NCBI GenBank assembly: GCA_041855735.1
Contig: JBHAEV010000154.1
Location: forward strand, 1-60,902
DNA length: 60,902 nt
DNA from: Lachnospiraceae bacterium
GTDB lineage: Bacteria; Bacillota; Clostridia; Lachnospirales; Lachnospiraceae
Direction: 5' to 3'
Under the pieces are notes generated by a model. That model was not told the DNA's origin, did not search any database, and was given only the letters and a program-made list of their open reading frames with translations. The number at the start of each line of letters is the position of its first letter. Positions within the stretch are counted from its first letter, which is position 1. Made by a program: the position numbers and the translations under genes. This document shows, piece by piece, positions 1-10,464 of this stretch.

Positions 1-22
1 ATATACGGAGCGATATGAATGG

Positions 23-418
23 ATGAAACAGCAGTTCATTGACTGGGCGTTTACCTATATCAACAGTTTCCTTTATTATGAGGATTATGATACACTGAAC
101 GATGAAACCCGGCAGATGATGCAGCAGAGCATGGCGGCATTCGGCGGCATAGCGCCAACTTACCATATCGCCCTGTTGGATAAGCCGACCATCGTTTGGG
201 ACTTTCATTCCCTGCTGCTGGGTATTCAGATGATGTTCAGCTTTATGCTGACCGACAGTGAAAACCCGATTAAGCTTTGCAGACACTGCACCAAAGCCTT
301 TGTTGCAAACAGACCAAGTGCTGTATTTTGCAGCCCGCAGTGCAAGAATAAGCATAATGTTTACAAAAGCAGAGCGAGAAAAAACAGTTCTGATAGGGAG
401 GCACAAGACAATGATTGA
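23..418 (+). CDS. hypothetical protein with C-terminal cysteine-pair (zinc-ribbon-like) motif
   Basis: 131-aa ORF. The C-terminus carries CRHC ... CSPQC cysteine pairs followed by a basic tail. Its stop overlaps the ATG at 411 of the next gene. No family recognised by eye. Confidence 0.45.
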   Translation: MKQQFIDWAFTYINSFLYYEDYDTLNDETRQMMQQSMAAFGGIAPTYHIALLDKPTIVWDFHSLLLGIQMMFSFMLTDSENPIKLCRHCTKAFVANRPSAVFCSPQCKNKHNVYKSRARKNSSDREAQDND

Positions 419-1868
419 TAGATGGATTGCTGAAGCAACCGAATGTGATTTCAAGGTCGCTCTGGAAGTTAAAAAACCGAAAAGCTGGCTAAAAAGCGTC
501 AGCGCCTTTGCAAATGGTATCGGTGGTACTCTGTTTTTTGGCATTGATGATAACCGAAATGTGGTTGGTTTGACGGACGCACAGGCAGATGCGGAGGCAA
601 TCAGTCGCCTGATTAAAGAGCGTATCTCGCCGTATCCCAACTTCATTCTTGTGCCGGAACGAGAGGATGGTAAAAATATTCTGATACTGACAGTCTCCTC
701 TGGATACTCTACGCCTTACTACTACAAAGCAGATGGTGTTATGGAGGCATATATTCGCATCGGAAATGAGAGTGTGATTGCTCCAAGTTTCGCCCTGAAT
801 CAGCTCATATTGAAAGGCATGAACCGAACCTATGACACTCTAAACTCTGAATATGATTTCAAGGACTACGCTTTTTCCAAGCTACGAGAGAGATACAGGG
901 TCTGGACCGGTAACAGCATGGAAGATAAACTTTTTGATTCCTTCGATATAAGAAACGAATACGAAAAATTGACAAATGCAGGTGCTTTGCTGGCAGATGA
1001 TTCTCCAATCAGACATTCCCGACTGTTCTGTACACGCTGGAATGGTTTGGATAAAAGCGGCGGTATGGTGGATGCTCTCGACAGTGCAGAATATTCCGGC
1101 AGCTTAATTATCCTGCTCAATGAAGGTGTCAGCTTTGTAAAACGGAACATGAAAACTCGTTGGAAGAAAACAGCAAACTCTCGTATTGAAATGCCGGACT
1201 ACTGCGAACGAAGTGTTTTTGAAGCCCTTGTCAACGCTTTGATCCATCGTGATTACCTTATTTTAGGCAGCGAAGTTCATATTGACATATATGATGACCG
1301 TCTTACAATCTATTCTCCCGGCGGCATGGCTGATGGAACACGAATACAGGAAAGAGATATATCCAATATTTCCTCCACTCGCCGCAATCCTGTTCTCGCT
1401 GATATTTTCGGACGGTTGGGTTATATGGAGCGTCAAGGAAGCGGCTTTAAGAAGATTACGGAATCTTACCATGCTGCTCATAACTATCGTAAAGAGCTGG
1501 AACCGGAGTTCTATTCCGATGTTACCTCATTCCAAGTCACATTGTATAACTTGAATTATGGTACAACAACAAACTCCGCTAATGTTACGATTGAGGATGA
1601 AAGCGTTGCGATTACCACTGACTATGTTGCGATTGAGGCTGCGATTGATGGGTTAAACGCAAGCCAGACCACAATTAAGAAAGCAAAAGCGGTCTATAAA
1701 AACATGGGAACTGGCGGTGTCTTTGGTCGTTCCGACATTTCCTTTATTACAGGAGATTCCGTTACCGCTGCCGGCAATCTTATCAGCAAACTGAAAGTCG
1801 CAAGCTTAATCGTACCAGTAAAAGGATATGGAAAAGGCAAATATCGTTTTATCGAACCGCATAAATAA
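411..1868 (+). CDS. AlbA_2/Schlafen-like DNA-binding domain protein with HATPase_c_4-like module (COG2865-type putative regulator)
   Basis: In frame 258..1868, the ATG at 411 gives MIDRWIAEATECDFKVALEVKKPKSWLKSVSAFANGIGGTLFFGIDD, typical of the divergent-AAA/AlbA_2 N-terminus. The central ALVNALIHRDY...IYSPGG block is typical of the RecG-C-like ATPase-fold module. The tail looks wHTH-like. Confidence 0.7.
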   Translation: MIDRWIAEATECDFKVALEVKKPKSWLKSVSAFANGIGGTLFFGIDDNRNVVGLTDAQADAEAISRLIKERISPYPNFILVPEREDGKNILILTVSSGYSTPYYYKADGVMEAYIRIGNESVIAPSFALNQLILKGMNRTYDTLNSEYDFKDYAFSKLRERYRVWTGNSMEDKLFDSFDIRNEYEKLTNAGALLADDSPIRHSRLFCTRWNGLDKSGGMVDALDSAEYSGSLIILLNEGVSFVKRNMKTRWKKTANSRIEMPDYCERSVFEALVNALIHRDYLILGSEVHIDIYDDRLTIYSPGGMADGTRIQERDISNISSTRRNPVLADIFGRLGYMERQGSGFKKITESYHAAHNYRKELEPEFYSDVTSFQVTLYNLNYGTTTNSANVTIEDESVAITTDYVAIEAAIDGLNASQTTIKKAKAVYKNMGTGGVFGRSDISFITGDSVTAAGNLISKLKVASLIVPVKGYGKGKYRFIEPHK

Positions 1869-1873
1869 AGTTT

Positions 1874-1909
1874 ATGCCCGTTACCAGCTACACAGCCGAT
1901 AACGGGCAT
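1874..1909 (+). terminator. hairpin between convergent genes (10-bp stem ATGCCCGTTA/TAACGGGCAT)
   Basis: Perfect 10-bp stem with a 16-nt loop, 6 nt after the stop at 1868. The T-tract is weak (TTCGATT). Confidence 0.4.
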
Positions 1910-1912
1910 TCG

Positions 1913-2052
1913 ATTAAGCATATACAAGTTCAGTCAAGATGATTTCCTCCGCACGGTTGCGGATACTGTTCATACGGCAAAGTAATGTTGGGAATGAAAT
2001 AATCGTCCACTTGACGGTATGTACCGCCCATTTCTTCAAAGATCGATTTCAT
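1913..2052 (-). pseudogene. TnpV-like transposon protein remnant (internal deletion/frameshift)
   Basis: AAAGGAG SD precedes the ATG at 2052. The reading MKSIFEEMGGTYRQVDDYFIPNITLPYEQ matches the N-terminus of TnpV proteins of clostridial conjugative transposons (from memory). That frame stops at 1930. A second frame reads RNRAEEIILTELVYA-stop, which resembles the TnpV C-terminus. The middle of the gene is missing. Confidence 0.5.
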
Positions 2053-2295
2053 AAAGTTCAGCTCCTTTTGTGTTGATTTTCAGCGGTCGTAAGGCTTTTT
2101 GACTCCTTTCTTACAACTGCTTTTCAATTTACCACAAATGAGCCGCAGTCATATGTATTAGATGGCAGAAACCACCCTTTACATATTAACTCTTGAAAGG
2201 CAATCCTAGTTTTTTCATTCTACCGATTAACCGAGCCTTGAAATTCTCAAATTCTGTCAGAGGCTTTCCGCGAGCATTCAACTTGATGTTCTTTC

Positions 2296-3090
2296 CTAAA
2301 GCTTTGACGATCGCTCCGCACAGGCAATCATCGCCTCCATGATTGCGCTTCGAAATCCTTCCTTCTCCAGCACTTTTACCGCTTCAATCGTCGTTCCCGC
2401 CGGAGATGTCACCATGTCTTTCAGCTCGCCGGGATGTTTTTTCAGTTCCAGCACCATCTTTGCCGCACCGAAAACCGACTGCGCCGCAAAGGTGTATGCC
2501 ATTTGTCGCGGCATCCCTTTCAGCACCGCGGCGTCCGCCATCGCCTCAATCATCATGAAGACATATGCAGGGGACGAACCGCTGACCGCTACCACGGCGT
2601 CCATCATGTATTCGGATACCTCCTCCACCTTGCCGAAGCTTTGGAAAATTGCCCGCGCATGCTGCAAATCACGGTCATCCACCCGTTCATTGGCACACAT
2701 TGCAGTCATTCCCTGTCCGACCAATGCGGGCGTATTCGGCATGGTTCGCACAAGGCGCACCGGACGGTCGAATAAATCTTCCAATGCGCGAAGGGTTTTT
2801 CCCGGCGCAATGGATATGATAAGCGTGGCATCGGTCACGGCATCCTTGATTTCCCGAATCACCGACGGGTAAAATTGCGGTTTCACCGAAAGAATCACAA
2901 TGTCGCATTTTCCTGCGATCCCGGCATTATCGTGGGAGGTTCGAATCCCGAATTCTTCTTTTACCTTTTCCAGAGTTGACGGATTCAAATCCGACCCGTA
3001 GATTTCATCATTCTTTACAATCTTCGCACCGATCAGTCCCCCGATCATTGCACACGCCATGTTTCCACAGCCGATGAATCCAATATTCAT
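2296..3090 (-). CDS. proC: pyrroline-5-carboxylate reductase
   Basis: N-terminal Rossmann motif MNIGFIGCGNMA, with P5CR-like sequence throughout (SPAGTTIEA near the C-terminus). SD GAGGAGA lies upstream of the ATG. Confidence 0.9.
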   Translation of the reverse strand: MNIGFIGCGNMACAMIGGLIGAKIVKNDEIYGSDLNPSTLEKVKEEFGIRTSHDNAGIAGKCDIVILSVKPQFYPSVIREIKDAVTDATLIISIAPGKTLRALEDLFDRPVRLVRTMPNTPALVGQGMTAMCANERVDDRDLQHARAIFQSFGKVEEVSEYMMDAVVAVSGSSPAYVFMMIEAMADAAVLKGMPRQMAYTFAAQSVFGAAKMVLELKKHPGELKDMVTSPAGTTIEAVKVLEKEGFRSAIMEAMIACAERSSKL

Positions 3091-3265
3091 AGTGTTTCTC
3101 CTCGTTTGCAGCTTTTTCTTGCTTGTAGATTTTTCTTATTGAAAGCTTTTTCTGTTTGCGGTTTTTTTCGTTTGTTCAATATCCGTTTTACTCATCCGCT
3201 TATACTGTCGGCAAGTCCGTTTCTCCTGACAATCCCGGCAATCGATTGTGAACATGGACGGAAAA

Positions 3266-3604
3266 CTATTCCCGCAATATCTTCTCCATCGCCCTGCCCT
3301 TTGCCAGCTCATCCACCAGCTTGTCGAGCCAGCGAACTTTCTGCATCAGCTTATCTTCCATCTCTTCCACACGGACTCCACATACCACTCCCTTGATCCG
3401 TGCAGCGTTCGGATTCATCCTCGGAGCATGTTCAAAAAACTCCCGATATGTTGCTTCTTCACTCCACTCATTTGCTCCGTATCCTGTCAGCCAGGTTATG
3501 ACCGCATCCACCTCCGCCTTGGTTCTTCCTTTTTTCTCCGCCTTTTGAACAAGCAGCGGGTAAACATCGGAAAACTTCATATCAAATACATGTAATCTTG
3601 GCAT
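3266..3604 (-). CDS. DUF2200 family protein
   Basis: 112 aa. The segment F.DVYPLLVQKAEKKGRTKAEVDAVITWLTGY matches the conserved DUF2200 core. AAGGAG SD lies 5 nt from the ATG. Confidence 0.7.
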   Translation of the reverse strand: MPRLHVFDMKFSDVYPLLVQKAEKKGRTKAEVDAVITWLTGYGANEWSEEATYREFFEHAPRMNPNAARIKGVVCGVRVEEMEDKLMQKVRWLDKLVDELAKGRAMEKILRE

Positions 3605-3761
3605 ATTTGCTCCTTATCTGTGTGTTCGGATATAGGAAGGTATATCCGACATTGTATTGATTGGACATGCCCATTATAACCATTATCGAAACGAATCACA
3701 AGCGGCGGCAAACAAGATTCCTCACGATATACAATCCGCGGACTTTCCACATCTTGCTTTG

Positions 3762-4160
3762 TCAGTCCAGGAATTCTTCCAGGTCGGCCATGATGAATTT
3801 TTTCATCGGGTAATACACTTCCTGCATTTGTTTCAGGGTTTCCCTGCCTGCGGTCATTGTCGTTTTTGTGAGTTTCTCCGGGACAATTTGCCATGTTATG
3901 CCGAAATGATCCTGACACCATCCACAGGCTTCCGCTTCGGGAACCTGCGATAAAATCTCCCAGTACCCGTCAATTTCGCTCTGATTATCACATTCTATGA
4001 CAAGAGAAAATGCCCCGGTAAAAATCTCCACATCCCCGGACGGTGTATCCGGCAGGACAGTCCGACCGGTAATACATGCCTCTTCAAATAAATCTGCATA
4101 CATGTTTACCGCATCCGCGGCGCAATCTTTAAACCATAGTGAGTATGTTAATTTTGCCAT
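3762..4160 (-). CDS. VOC-superfamily protein (PhnB / 3-demethylubiquinone methyltransferase-like domain)
   Basis: MAKLTYSLWFKDCAADAVNMYADLF... and ...CGWCQDHFGITWQIVP are typical of this family. I prefer the ATG at 4160 (SD GAGAGG) to the ATG at 4178, which overlaps the upstream stop. Confidence 0.7.
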   Translation of the reverse strand: MAKLTYSLWFKDCAADAVNMYADLFEEACITGRTVLPDTPSGDVEIFTGAFSLVIECDNQSEIDGYWEILSQVPEAEACGWCQDHFGITWQIVPEKLTKTTMTAGRETLKQMQEVYYPMKKFIMADLEEFLD

Positions 4161-4174
4161 AATTTTCCTCTCTT

Positions 4175-4420
4175 TCATGAATGATCGGTTGTAAGTCCGG
4201 AAATGATTTTTCTTACCCTTGGCTCAATTTCCCTTTGCAGATCGGGAATCTCCGGTACGGGCCGGTTTTCAAACATCTTCTCCAGCCTTGTCATATGAAT
4301 CAACCACCCTGTCATGTCACCCGCAACATTCTCAAAGGAGGGCAAAAAAATCTCCGTGAAATTCACGGTTGTTTGGCCGTTTTTATCTTCGATTCCGATC
4401 TCCACCATTGCCTTTGCCAT
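4175..4420 (-). CDS. small hypothetical protein (possibly an SRPBCC/AHSA1-like C-terminal fragment)
   Basis: 81-aa ORF whose stop overlaps the next gene (ATGA). Resemblance to the C-terminal halves of SRPBCC proteins is only weak. Confidence 0.35.
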   Translation of the reverse strand: MAKAMVEIGIEDKNGQTTVNFTEIFLPSFENVAGDMTGWLIHMTRLEKMFENRPVPEIPDLQREIEPRVRKIISGLTTDHS

Positions 4421-4530
4421 CTGTTTTGATTCGCCAAATGTTTCGGCATATCGTAAATTTTCATCCGATCAACACTGTGCAATCGTTGTTTTTGCTGTTT
4501 TTCCTATTTGTACAGTCTTTGAAACGAAAA

Positions 4531-4562
4531 GCCACAATCCTGTACCTCTACAAGATTGTGGC
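4531..4562 (-). terminator. rho-independent terminator of tuf / str operon
   Basis: On the minus strand the hairpin is GCCACAATCTTGTA-GAGG-TACAGGATTGTGGC (14-bp stem with one G-U pair), followed by TTTTCGTTTC. It lies 25 nt after the tuf stop. Confidence 0.75.
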
Positions 4563-4587
4563 AAGTATCTGTTATGACAATATGCGA

Positions 4588-5787
4588 TTACTCAATAATC
4601 TTTGCAACTCTTCCGGAACCTACGGTTCTTCCGCCTTCACGGATCGCGAAACGAAGACCCTGCTCGCAAGCGATCGGATGGATGAGTTCGATGGTCATCT
4701 CTACGTTATCGCCAGGCATGCACATCTCGGTGCCTTCCGGAAGCTGGCAAACACCCGTGATATCGGTTGTTCTGAAGTAGAACTGCGGTCTGTAGTTGTT
4801 GAAGAACGGTGTATGACGTCCACCCTCTTCCTTGGTAAGAACGTAAACCTGAGCGGTAAACTTCTTGTGGCAGGTTACGGAACCCGGCTTTGCAAGAACC
4901 TGTCCTCTCTCGATCTCGGTTCTCTGAACACCACGAAGAAGAGCACCGATGTTATCACCTGCCTGAGCGGAATCCAGAAGCTTTCTGAACATCTCGATAC
5001 CGGTAACAACCGTCTTTCTTGACTCTTCATGAATACCGAGGATTTCAACTTCCGAGTTGAGAACCAAAGTACCTCTCTCCACACGACCGGTAGCAACGGT
5101 ACCGCGACCGGTAATGGTAAATACGTCCTCGATCGGCATAAGGAACGGCTTGTCGGTATCTCTTTCCGGATTCGGAATGTAGGAGTCAACGGCCTCCATA
5201 AGCTCCAAAACCTTCTCGCCCCAGGAACCGTTCGGATCATTGAGTGCATTCAGAGCGGAACCCTGGATAACCGGAGTGTCATCGCCCGGGAACTCGTACT
5301 CGGTAAGAAGATCTCTGATCTCCATCTCAACAAGCTCAAGAAGCTCCGGATCGTCAACCGCGTCACACTTGTTCATGAATACTACAATATAAGGAACGCC
5401 TACCTGACGGGAAAGAAGAATATGCTCTCTGGTCTGAGCCATAACACCGTCGGTAGCGGCAACTACGAGAATCGCGCCGTCCATCTGCGCTGCACCGGTG
5501 ATCATGTTCTTAACGTAGTCGGCATGACCCGGACAGTCTACATGAGCGTAGTGTCTGTTCGGTGTTTCATACTCGATGTGAGATGTAGAGATGGTGATAC
5601 CTCTCTCCTTCTCTTCCGGAGCCTTATCAATCTTATCGAAATCTACGATCTTGTTTGTATCTGACGGATACTTTGTAGCAAGAACCTTAGAGATTGCTGC
5701 TGTAAGAGTTGTCTTACCATGGTCAACGTGTCCGATGGTACCAATGTTTGCATGTGGCTTACTTCTTTCAAATTTTGCCTTTGCCAT
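4588..5787 (-). CDS. tuf: elongation factor Tu
   Basis: [31 protein letters not shown]..., DCPGH and NKCD motifs. Full length 399 aa. SD AAGGAGG. Confidence 0.98.
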   Translation of the reverse strand: MAKAKFERSKPHANIGTIGHVDHGKTTLTAAISKVLATKYPSDTNKIVDFDKIDKAPEEKERGITISTSHIEYETPNRHYAHVDCPGHADYVKNMITGAAQMDGAILVVAATDGVMAQTREHILLSRQVGVPYIVVFMNKCDAVDDPELLELVEMEIRDLLTEYEFPGDDTPVIQGSALNALNDPNGSWGEKVLELMEAVDSYIPNPERDTDKPFLMPIEDVFTITGRGTVATGRVERGTLVLNSEVEILGIHEESRKTVVTGIEMFRKLLDSAQAGDNIGALLRGVQRTEIERGQVLAKPGSVTCHKKFTAQVYVLTKEEGGRHTPFFNNYRPQFYFRTTDITGVCQLPEGTEMCMPGDNVEMTIELIHPIACEQGLRFAIREGGRTVGSGRVAKIIE

Positions 5788-5841
5788 TTTAAATAATCCT
5801 CCTTAATTTGCGCTTGAAAATTTGCCGGTTAGCTGAATTTT

Positions 5842-5870
5842 ATTATAAAACAAAGTTGCACAATTATCAA
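5842..5870 (-). promoter_or_regulatory. candidate internal sigmaA promoter for tuf
   Basis: Minus strand reads TTGATA, 17 nt, TATAAT in the fusA-tuf spacer. Confidence 0.5.
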
Positions 5871-5903
5871 GCAAATTTCCGATATGCTTTGTTTGTTGTT
5901 TAA

Positions 5904-8027
5904 TTACTTTCCGTCTTTCTTGCTTGCCAGCACCTTTTCCTGTACGGACTTCGGAACCGGCTCATACTTTTCAAAGAACATGGAATAGTTGCCGCGTCCC
6001 TGTGTTCTGGAACGAAGATCCGTGGAGTATCCGAACATTTCGGAAAGCGGAACAAATGCGTTCACCTGCTTGCCGCTGGCAATGTCCTCCATACCTTCGA
6101 TGCGTCCGCGTCTGGAGTTGATATCGCCGATGACATCTCCCATGTACTCCTCCGGCATGGTAACCTCTACCTTCATAATCGGCTCCAAAAGCACCGCTCC
6201 CGCCTTTGCCATCGCTTCCTTGAATGCGAGGGATCCGGCAATGTGGAATGCCATCTCGGACGAGTCGACTTCATGATAGGAACCGTCGTATACATTTGCA
6301 TAGATGCCAAGCACCGGGAATCCGCCGAGGATACCTGCCTTGGATGCCTCTTCGATACCTTCCTTGATCGGCTCGATGTATTCCTTCGGAATCGATCCGC
6401 CGACAACGCTGGACTCGAACTTGAACAGTTCGGTGCCGTTCGCATCCATCGGTTCGAATCGAACCTTACAGTGACCGTACTGCCCGCGTCCGCCGGACTG
6501 CTTCGCGTACTTGGAATCCACTTCCACCGCCTTGGTGAAGGTTTCCTTATATGCAACCTGAGGTGCACCGACATTTGCCTCGACATTGAATTCGCGCAGA
6601 AGTCGGTCTACAATAATCTCAAGATGAAGCTCACCCATACCGGAAATAATGGTCTGACCGGTCTCCGGATTGGACTTCGCACGGAATGTCGGATCTTCTT
6701 CCGCAAGCTTTTGCAGCGCCTCGATCATCTTCTGCTGTCCGATCTTGGTCTTCGGCTCGATCGCGATATCAATAACCGGTTCCGGGAATTCCATGGACTC
6801 GAGGATCACCGCATGTTGCTCATCGCAGATGGTGTCGCCGGTCGTGGTTAACTTCAATCCCACCGCAGCCGCAATATCTCCGGAATATACCTTGTCGATT
6901 TCCATTCTCTTGTTGGCATGCATCTGCAAAATACGTCCGACTCTTTCCTTCTTGCCCTTGGTCGAGTTGTAAACGTAGGAACCGGAATTCAGACTTCCGG
7001 AATATACTCGAAAATATGCCAGTTTTCCTACGAACGGGTCGGTCATGATTTTGAATGCCAGTGCGGAGAACGGCTCCTCATCCGAAGAATGTCTTTCGAT
7101 TTCATTTCCGTTCATATCCACGCCCTGGATGGACGGAATGTCAAGCGGTGACGGCATGTATTCGATTACCGCGTTGAGAAGCTTCTGAATCCCTCTGTTG
7201 CGGTATGCACTTCCGCAGCAAACCGGAATCGCTCTGCACTCGCAGGTTGCCTTGCGAAGCGCCTTCTTCATCTCTTCAACGCTCGGTTCCTCACCCTCAA
7301 GATACATCATCATGAGCTCTTCGTCCAAATCGCAAACCTTTTCCACCAATTCGGTACGATACAGCTCCGCTTCCACCATCACATCCTCCGGGATATCTAT
7401 GATGGAAATGTCCTCACCCTTGTCGTCATTGTAGATATATGCTTTCATTTCAAACAAATCCACAAGCCCCTTAAATTCACTCTCCTTGCCGATCGGAATC
7501 TGAAGAATAATGGTATTCTTTCCGAGTCTTGTACGAATTTGCTCTACTGCTCCGAAAAAGTTCGCACCCAAAATGTCCATTTTGTTGATAAATGCCATTC
7601 GAGGTACATTGTATGTATCGGCTTGACGCCATACATTTTCCGATTGCGGCTCTACGCCGCCCTTTGCACAGAAAACACCGACGGCGCCGTCCAGTACACG
7701 CAGAGATCTCTCAACCTCAACGGTAAAGTCAACGTGTCCCGGCGTATCGATAATATTGATACGGTTTTCCGGTTCTCCCGCCTTTTTCTGATTGTTTTCC
7801 ATGATGGTCCAGTGACAGGTTGTCGCTGCGGAAGTGATGGTAATACCTCTCTCCTGCTCCTGCGCCATCCAGTCCATCGTCGCCGTACCTTCATGAGTAT
7901 CTCCCAGCTTATAATTTACACCGGTGTAAAACAGAATACGCTCGGTCAATGTCGTCTTACCTGCATCGATATGAGCCATAATTCCTATATTTCTGGTTCT
8001 CTCCAGTGGATATTCTCTTCCAGCCAA
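5904..8027 (-). CDS. fusA: elongation factor G
   Basis: [29 protein letters not shown] and NKMD motifs. 707 aa. The start codon is TTG at 8027, preceded by GGAGGAAACGCAA. Confidence 0.97.
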   Translation of the reverse strand: MAGREYPLERTRNIGIMAHIDAGKTTLTERILFYTGVNYKLGDTHEGTATMDWMAQEQERGITITSAATTCHWTIMENNQKKAGEPENRINIIDTPGHVDFTVEVERSLRVLDGAVGVFCAKGGVEPQSENVWRQADTYNVPRMAFINKMDILGANFFGAVEQIRTRLGKNTIILQIPIGKESEFKGLVDLFEMKAYIYNDDKGEDISIIDIPEDVMVEAELYRTELVEKVCDLDEELMMMYLEGEEPSVEEMKKALRKATCECRAIPVCCGSAYRNRGIQKLLNAVIEYMPSPLDIPSIQGVDMNGNEIERHSSDEEPFSALAFKIMTDPFVGKLAYFRVYSGSLNSGSYVYNSTKGKKERVGRILQMHANKRMEIDKVYSGDIAAAVGLKLTTTGDTICDEQHAVILESMEFPEPVIDIAIEPKTKIGQQKMIEALQKLAEEDPTFRAKSNPETGQTIISGMGELHLEIIVDRLLREFNVEANVGAPQVAYKETFTKAVEVDSKYAKQSGGRGQYGHCKVRFEPMDANGTELFKFESSVVGGSIPKEYIEPIKEGIEEASKAGILGGFPVLGIYANVYDGSYHEVDSSEMAFHIAGSLAFKEAMAKAGAVLLEPIMKVEVTMPEEYMGDVIGDINSRRGRIEGMEDIASGKQVNAFVPLSEMFGYSTDLRSRTQGRGNYSMFFEKYEPVPKSVQEKVLASKKDGK

Positions 8028-8043
8028 TTGCGTTTCCTCCTAC

Positions 8044-8514
8044 TTAGAATCTGTAATGAGCAAATGCCTTATTAGCCTCTGCCATTCTGTGCATCTCTTC
8101 TTTTCTCTTCACGGCTGCGCCTGTGTTGTTCGCCGCATCCATGAGCTCATTGGCAAGCCTTTCTTCCTGTGTCTTTTCGGATCTCTTGCGTGAGAACATG
8201 GTCAACCATCTGAGCGCGAGTGCCTGCCTTCTCTCCGGCTTTACCTCGATCGGAACCTGATACGTCGCTCCGCCGATTCTCTTTGCCTTAACTTCCAATA
8301 CCGGCATTACATTGTTCAATGCCGTTTCAAAAACTTCAACAGGATCTTTCTCTGTCTTTGCCTGGATGCGATTAAACGCTCCATATACAATCTTTTGTGC
8401 TACACCCTTTTTGCCGTCCAACATGATATTGTTAACCAGCTTGGTTACAATCTTGTTGTTGTACAATGGATCCGCTAATACATCTCTCTTTTGTGTATTT
8501 CCTTTACGTGGCAC
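8044..8514 (-). CDS. rpsG: 30S ribosomal protein S7
   Basis: [28 protein letters not shown]... 156 aa. GTG start at 8514 with an AAGGAGGG SD. Confidence 0.97.
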   Translation of the reverse strand: MPRKGNTQKRDVLADPLYNNKIVTKLVNNIMLDGKKGVAQKIVYGAFNRIQAKTEKDPVEVFETALNNVMPVLEVKAKRIGGATYQVPIEVKPERRQALALRWLTMFSRKRSEKTQEERLANELMDAANNTGAAVKRKEEMHRMAEANKAFAHYRF

Positions 8515-8658
8515 GTTACTTCCCTCCTTAATATAGTTGCCTTTTTTGAAAAAAGGCGATTAGATCTACGGTACTCGTAAGTTACTCTTACGCCTGTGCC
8601 GAATATATCTTCTGCAACCCACAGAATACATATGGCACCGTATTACCTGTTTTTAAAT

Positions 8659-9078
8659 TTACTTCTTAACCTTAGGTCTCTTCGCACCGTACTTGGAACG
8701 TGCTTGTTTTCTGTTTGCAACACCTGCCGTATCCAGCGTACCGCGGATGATGTGGTATCTTGTACCCGGAAGGTCCTTAACTCTACCCCCGCGAATCAGA
8801 ACCACACTATGCTCCTGCAAATTGTGTCCCTCTCCCGGAATATAGCTGGTTACCTCGATACCGTTTGACAGACGTACTCTGGCAATCTTACGAAGAGCCG
8901 AGTTCGGCTTCTTCGGTGTGGCGGTCTTTACCGCTGTACACACGCCTCTCTTTTGCGGTGCAGAAGCATCGGTCGCTTTCTTGTGCAGAGAGTTGAATCC
9001 CTTTTGAAGCGCCGGTGATGTGGACTTCTTCTCTGAAGTTGCTCTGCCCTTCTTAACTAACTGGTTAAATGTTGGCAT
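8659..9078 (-). CDS. rpsL: 30S ribosomal protein S12
   Basis: [12 protein letters not shown]...[10 protein letters not shown]... 139 aa. SD AAGGAGGA. Confidence 0.97.
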   Translation of the reverse strand: MPTFNQLVKKGRATSEKKSTSPALQKGFNSLHKKATDASAPQKRGVCTAVKTATPKKPNSALRKIARVRLSNGIEVTSYIPGEGHNLQEHSVVLIRGGRVKDLPGTRYHIIRGTLDTAGVANRKQARSKYGAKRPKVKK

Positions 9079-9231
9079 TCCTGTTCCTCCTTATGTTTTT
9101 TCTGTGGTTGCTTTCATTTAAGCTTTGCATGACAAAAAACATGCTTTTGCATGCCTGTCTATTATACGCGCAATGATTTTTCGTGTCAAGCTTTATTCCA
9201 TCCCGGAGCGAAACACGCGGAAGTACCGACT

Positions 9232-10338
9232 TCAATCGCAATAATTCACATCCATCATAATCTGAATGTCAAATCCTTCGCATCCGGCTCTCACATCTTC
9301 CAGTACCTGTTTGTATACCGCCTCCCGGTTTTTTTCTTCAAATCCCACAATCATATCGAATCGTATGAGTTTCTTCTCAAAATTCACATAAAAACCGTGG
9401 ATCTGAAGCACATTTTTATGTTTGTGCGCAGCCTTTCGAATCACATCCAAAATCCCGGTCGTCTTGTGATTCTCCGTCGTTTTGGCATAGATCCCCACGC
9501 CGGTCATGAGGACTTTCTCCTTTTCATACACCCGATCCGTAATCTCTCTGGTTATCTCGTCAATCTCCACCGCCGTCAGGTCGGCATCCACCTCAATATG
9601 CGCCGTTCCCATGATGGTGTCCGGACCGTAGTCCGTGAAAATCAAATCATAGACCGCTTCTACGCCTTCTACACCGAGTATGCATTCCCGCACGCTCTTT
9701 GATTTTTCCGGTGCGATTCTCTTTCCGAGAATCAGACTCAGCGTGTCCGTCAGCATCCCGTATCCGCTCTTTATCAGCAAAAGAGAAATCAGCAATGCCA
9801 AATAGGCTTCGATACTGATATGAAAATACAGGAATATCAATGCAGCCACCAAAGTCGCCGAAGAAATCAACGCATCGAATCCCGCATCAATTCCGGTTAC
9901 GATCAGGGAATTGGAATTTACCCGCTCTCCGACCTTTTTGATGTAAATACTCATGATGATTTTCGTGATAACCGCCACCAGAATGATCAACAGAGATACG
10001 GTATTGTATTTCGGCACTTCCGGCCGGATGATTTTTTTCACGGACTCCACCACCGACGCAACTCCGGCATACAGCACCAGAACGGCAATCACGATCGCGG
10101 AAATATACTCATATCTGCCGTGGCCGTACGGATGTTCCTCATCCGGTTCCTTGCCGGCAAGCTTGGCACCCGCAATGGTGATCAATGCGGAAAGGATATC
10201 GCTTAAATTATTCACGGCATCCAGAACTATGGCAATGGAATTGGACAAAAACCCGACCGCCATTTTAAATATCACCAACAAAGTATTGATTCCGATGCCC
10301 ATCATACCGGTACGCACAATGATTTTATTTCGATCCAT
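9232..10338 (-). CDS. cation diffusion facilitator family transporter
   Basis: Six N-terminal TM helices, the HPYGHGRYE motif and a C-terminal cytoplasmic domain. 368 aa. Confidence 0.85.
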   Translation of the reverse strand: MDRNKIIVRTGMMGIGINTLLVIFKMAVGFLSNSIAIVLDAVNNLSDILSALITIAGAKLAGKEPDEEHPYGHGRYEYISAIVIAVLVLYAGVASVVESVKKIIRPEVPKYNTVSLLIILVAVITKIIMSIYIKKVGERVNSNSLIVTGIDAGFDALISSATLVAALIFLYFHISIEAYLALLISLLLIKSGYGMLTDTLSLILGKRIAPEKSKSVRECILGVEGVEAVYDLIFTDYGPDTIMGTAHIEVDADLTAVEIDEITREITDRVYEKEKVLMTGVGIYAKTTENHKTTGILDVIRKAAHKHKNVLQIHGFYVNFEKKLIRFDMIVGFEEKNREAVYKQVLEDVRAGCEGFDIQIMMDVNYCD

Positions 10339-10464
10339 ACCAATTTCCTCTTTCTTCTTGTCGAACTCTTGAGAGATGTATTATAATGCAAAGAGGATAT
10401 AAAATCCAGTGTTTCCGACGTGTTTTACACGAAATCACACAATACGGCAAATCGGAGGACTATT

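Noticed and set aside
8539-8557. Palindrome GCCTTTTTTGAAAAAAGGC between rpsL and rpsG
   Set aside because: It is a short AT-rich dyad inside a constitutive ribosomal-protein operon. It could form a weak hairpin, but I have no evidence of function beyond chance or minor mRNA structure.
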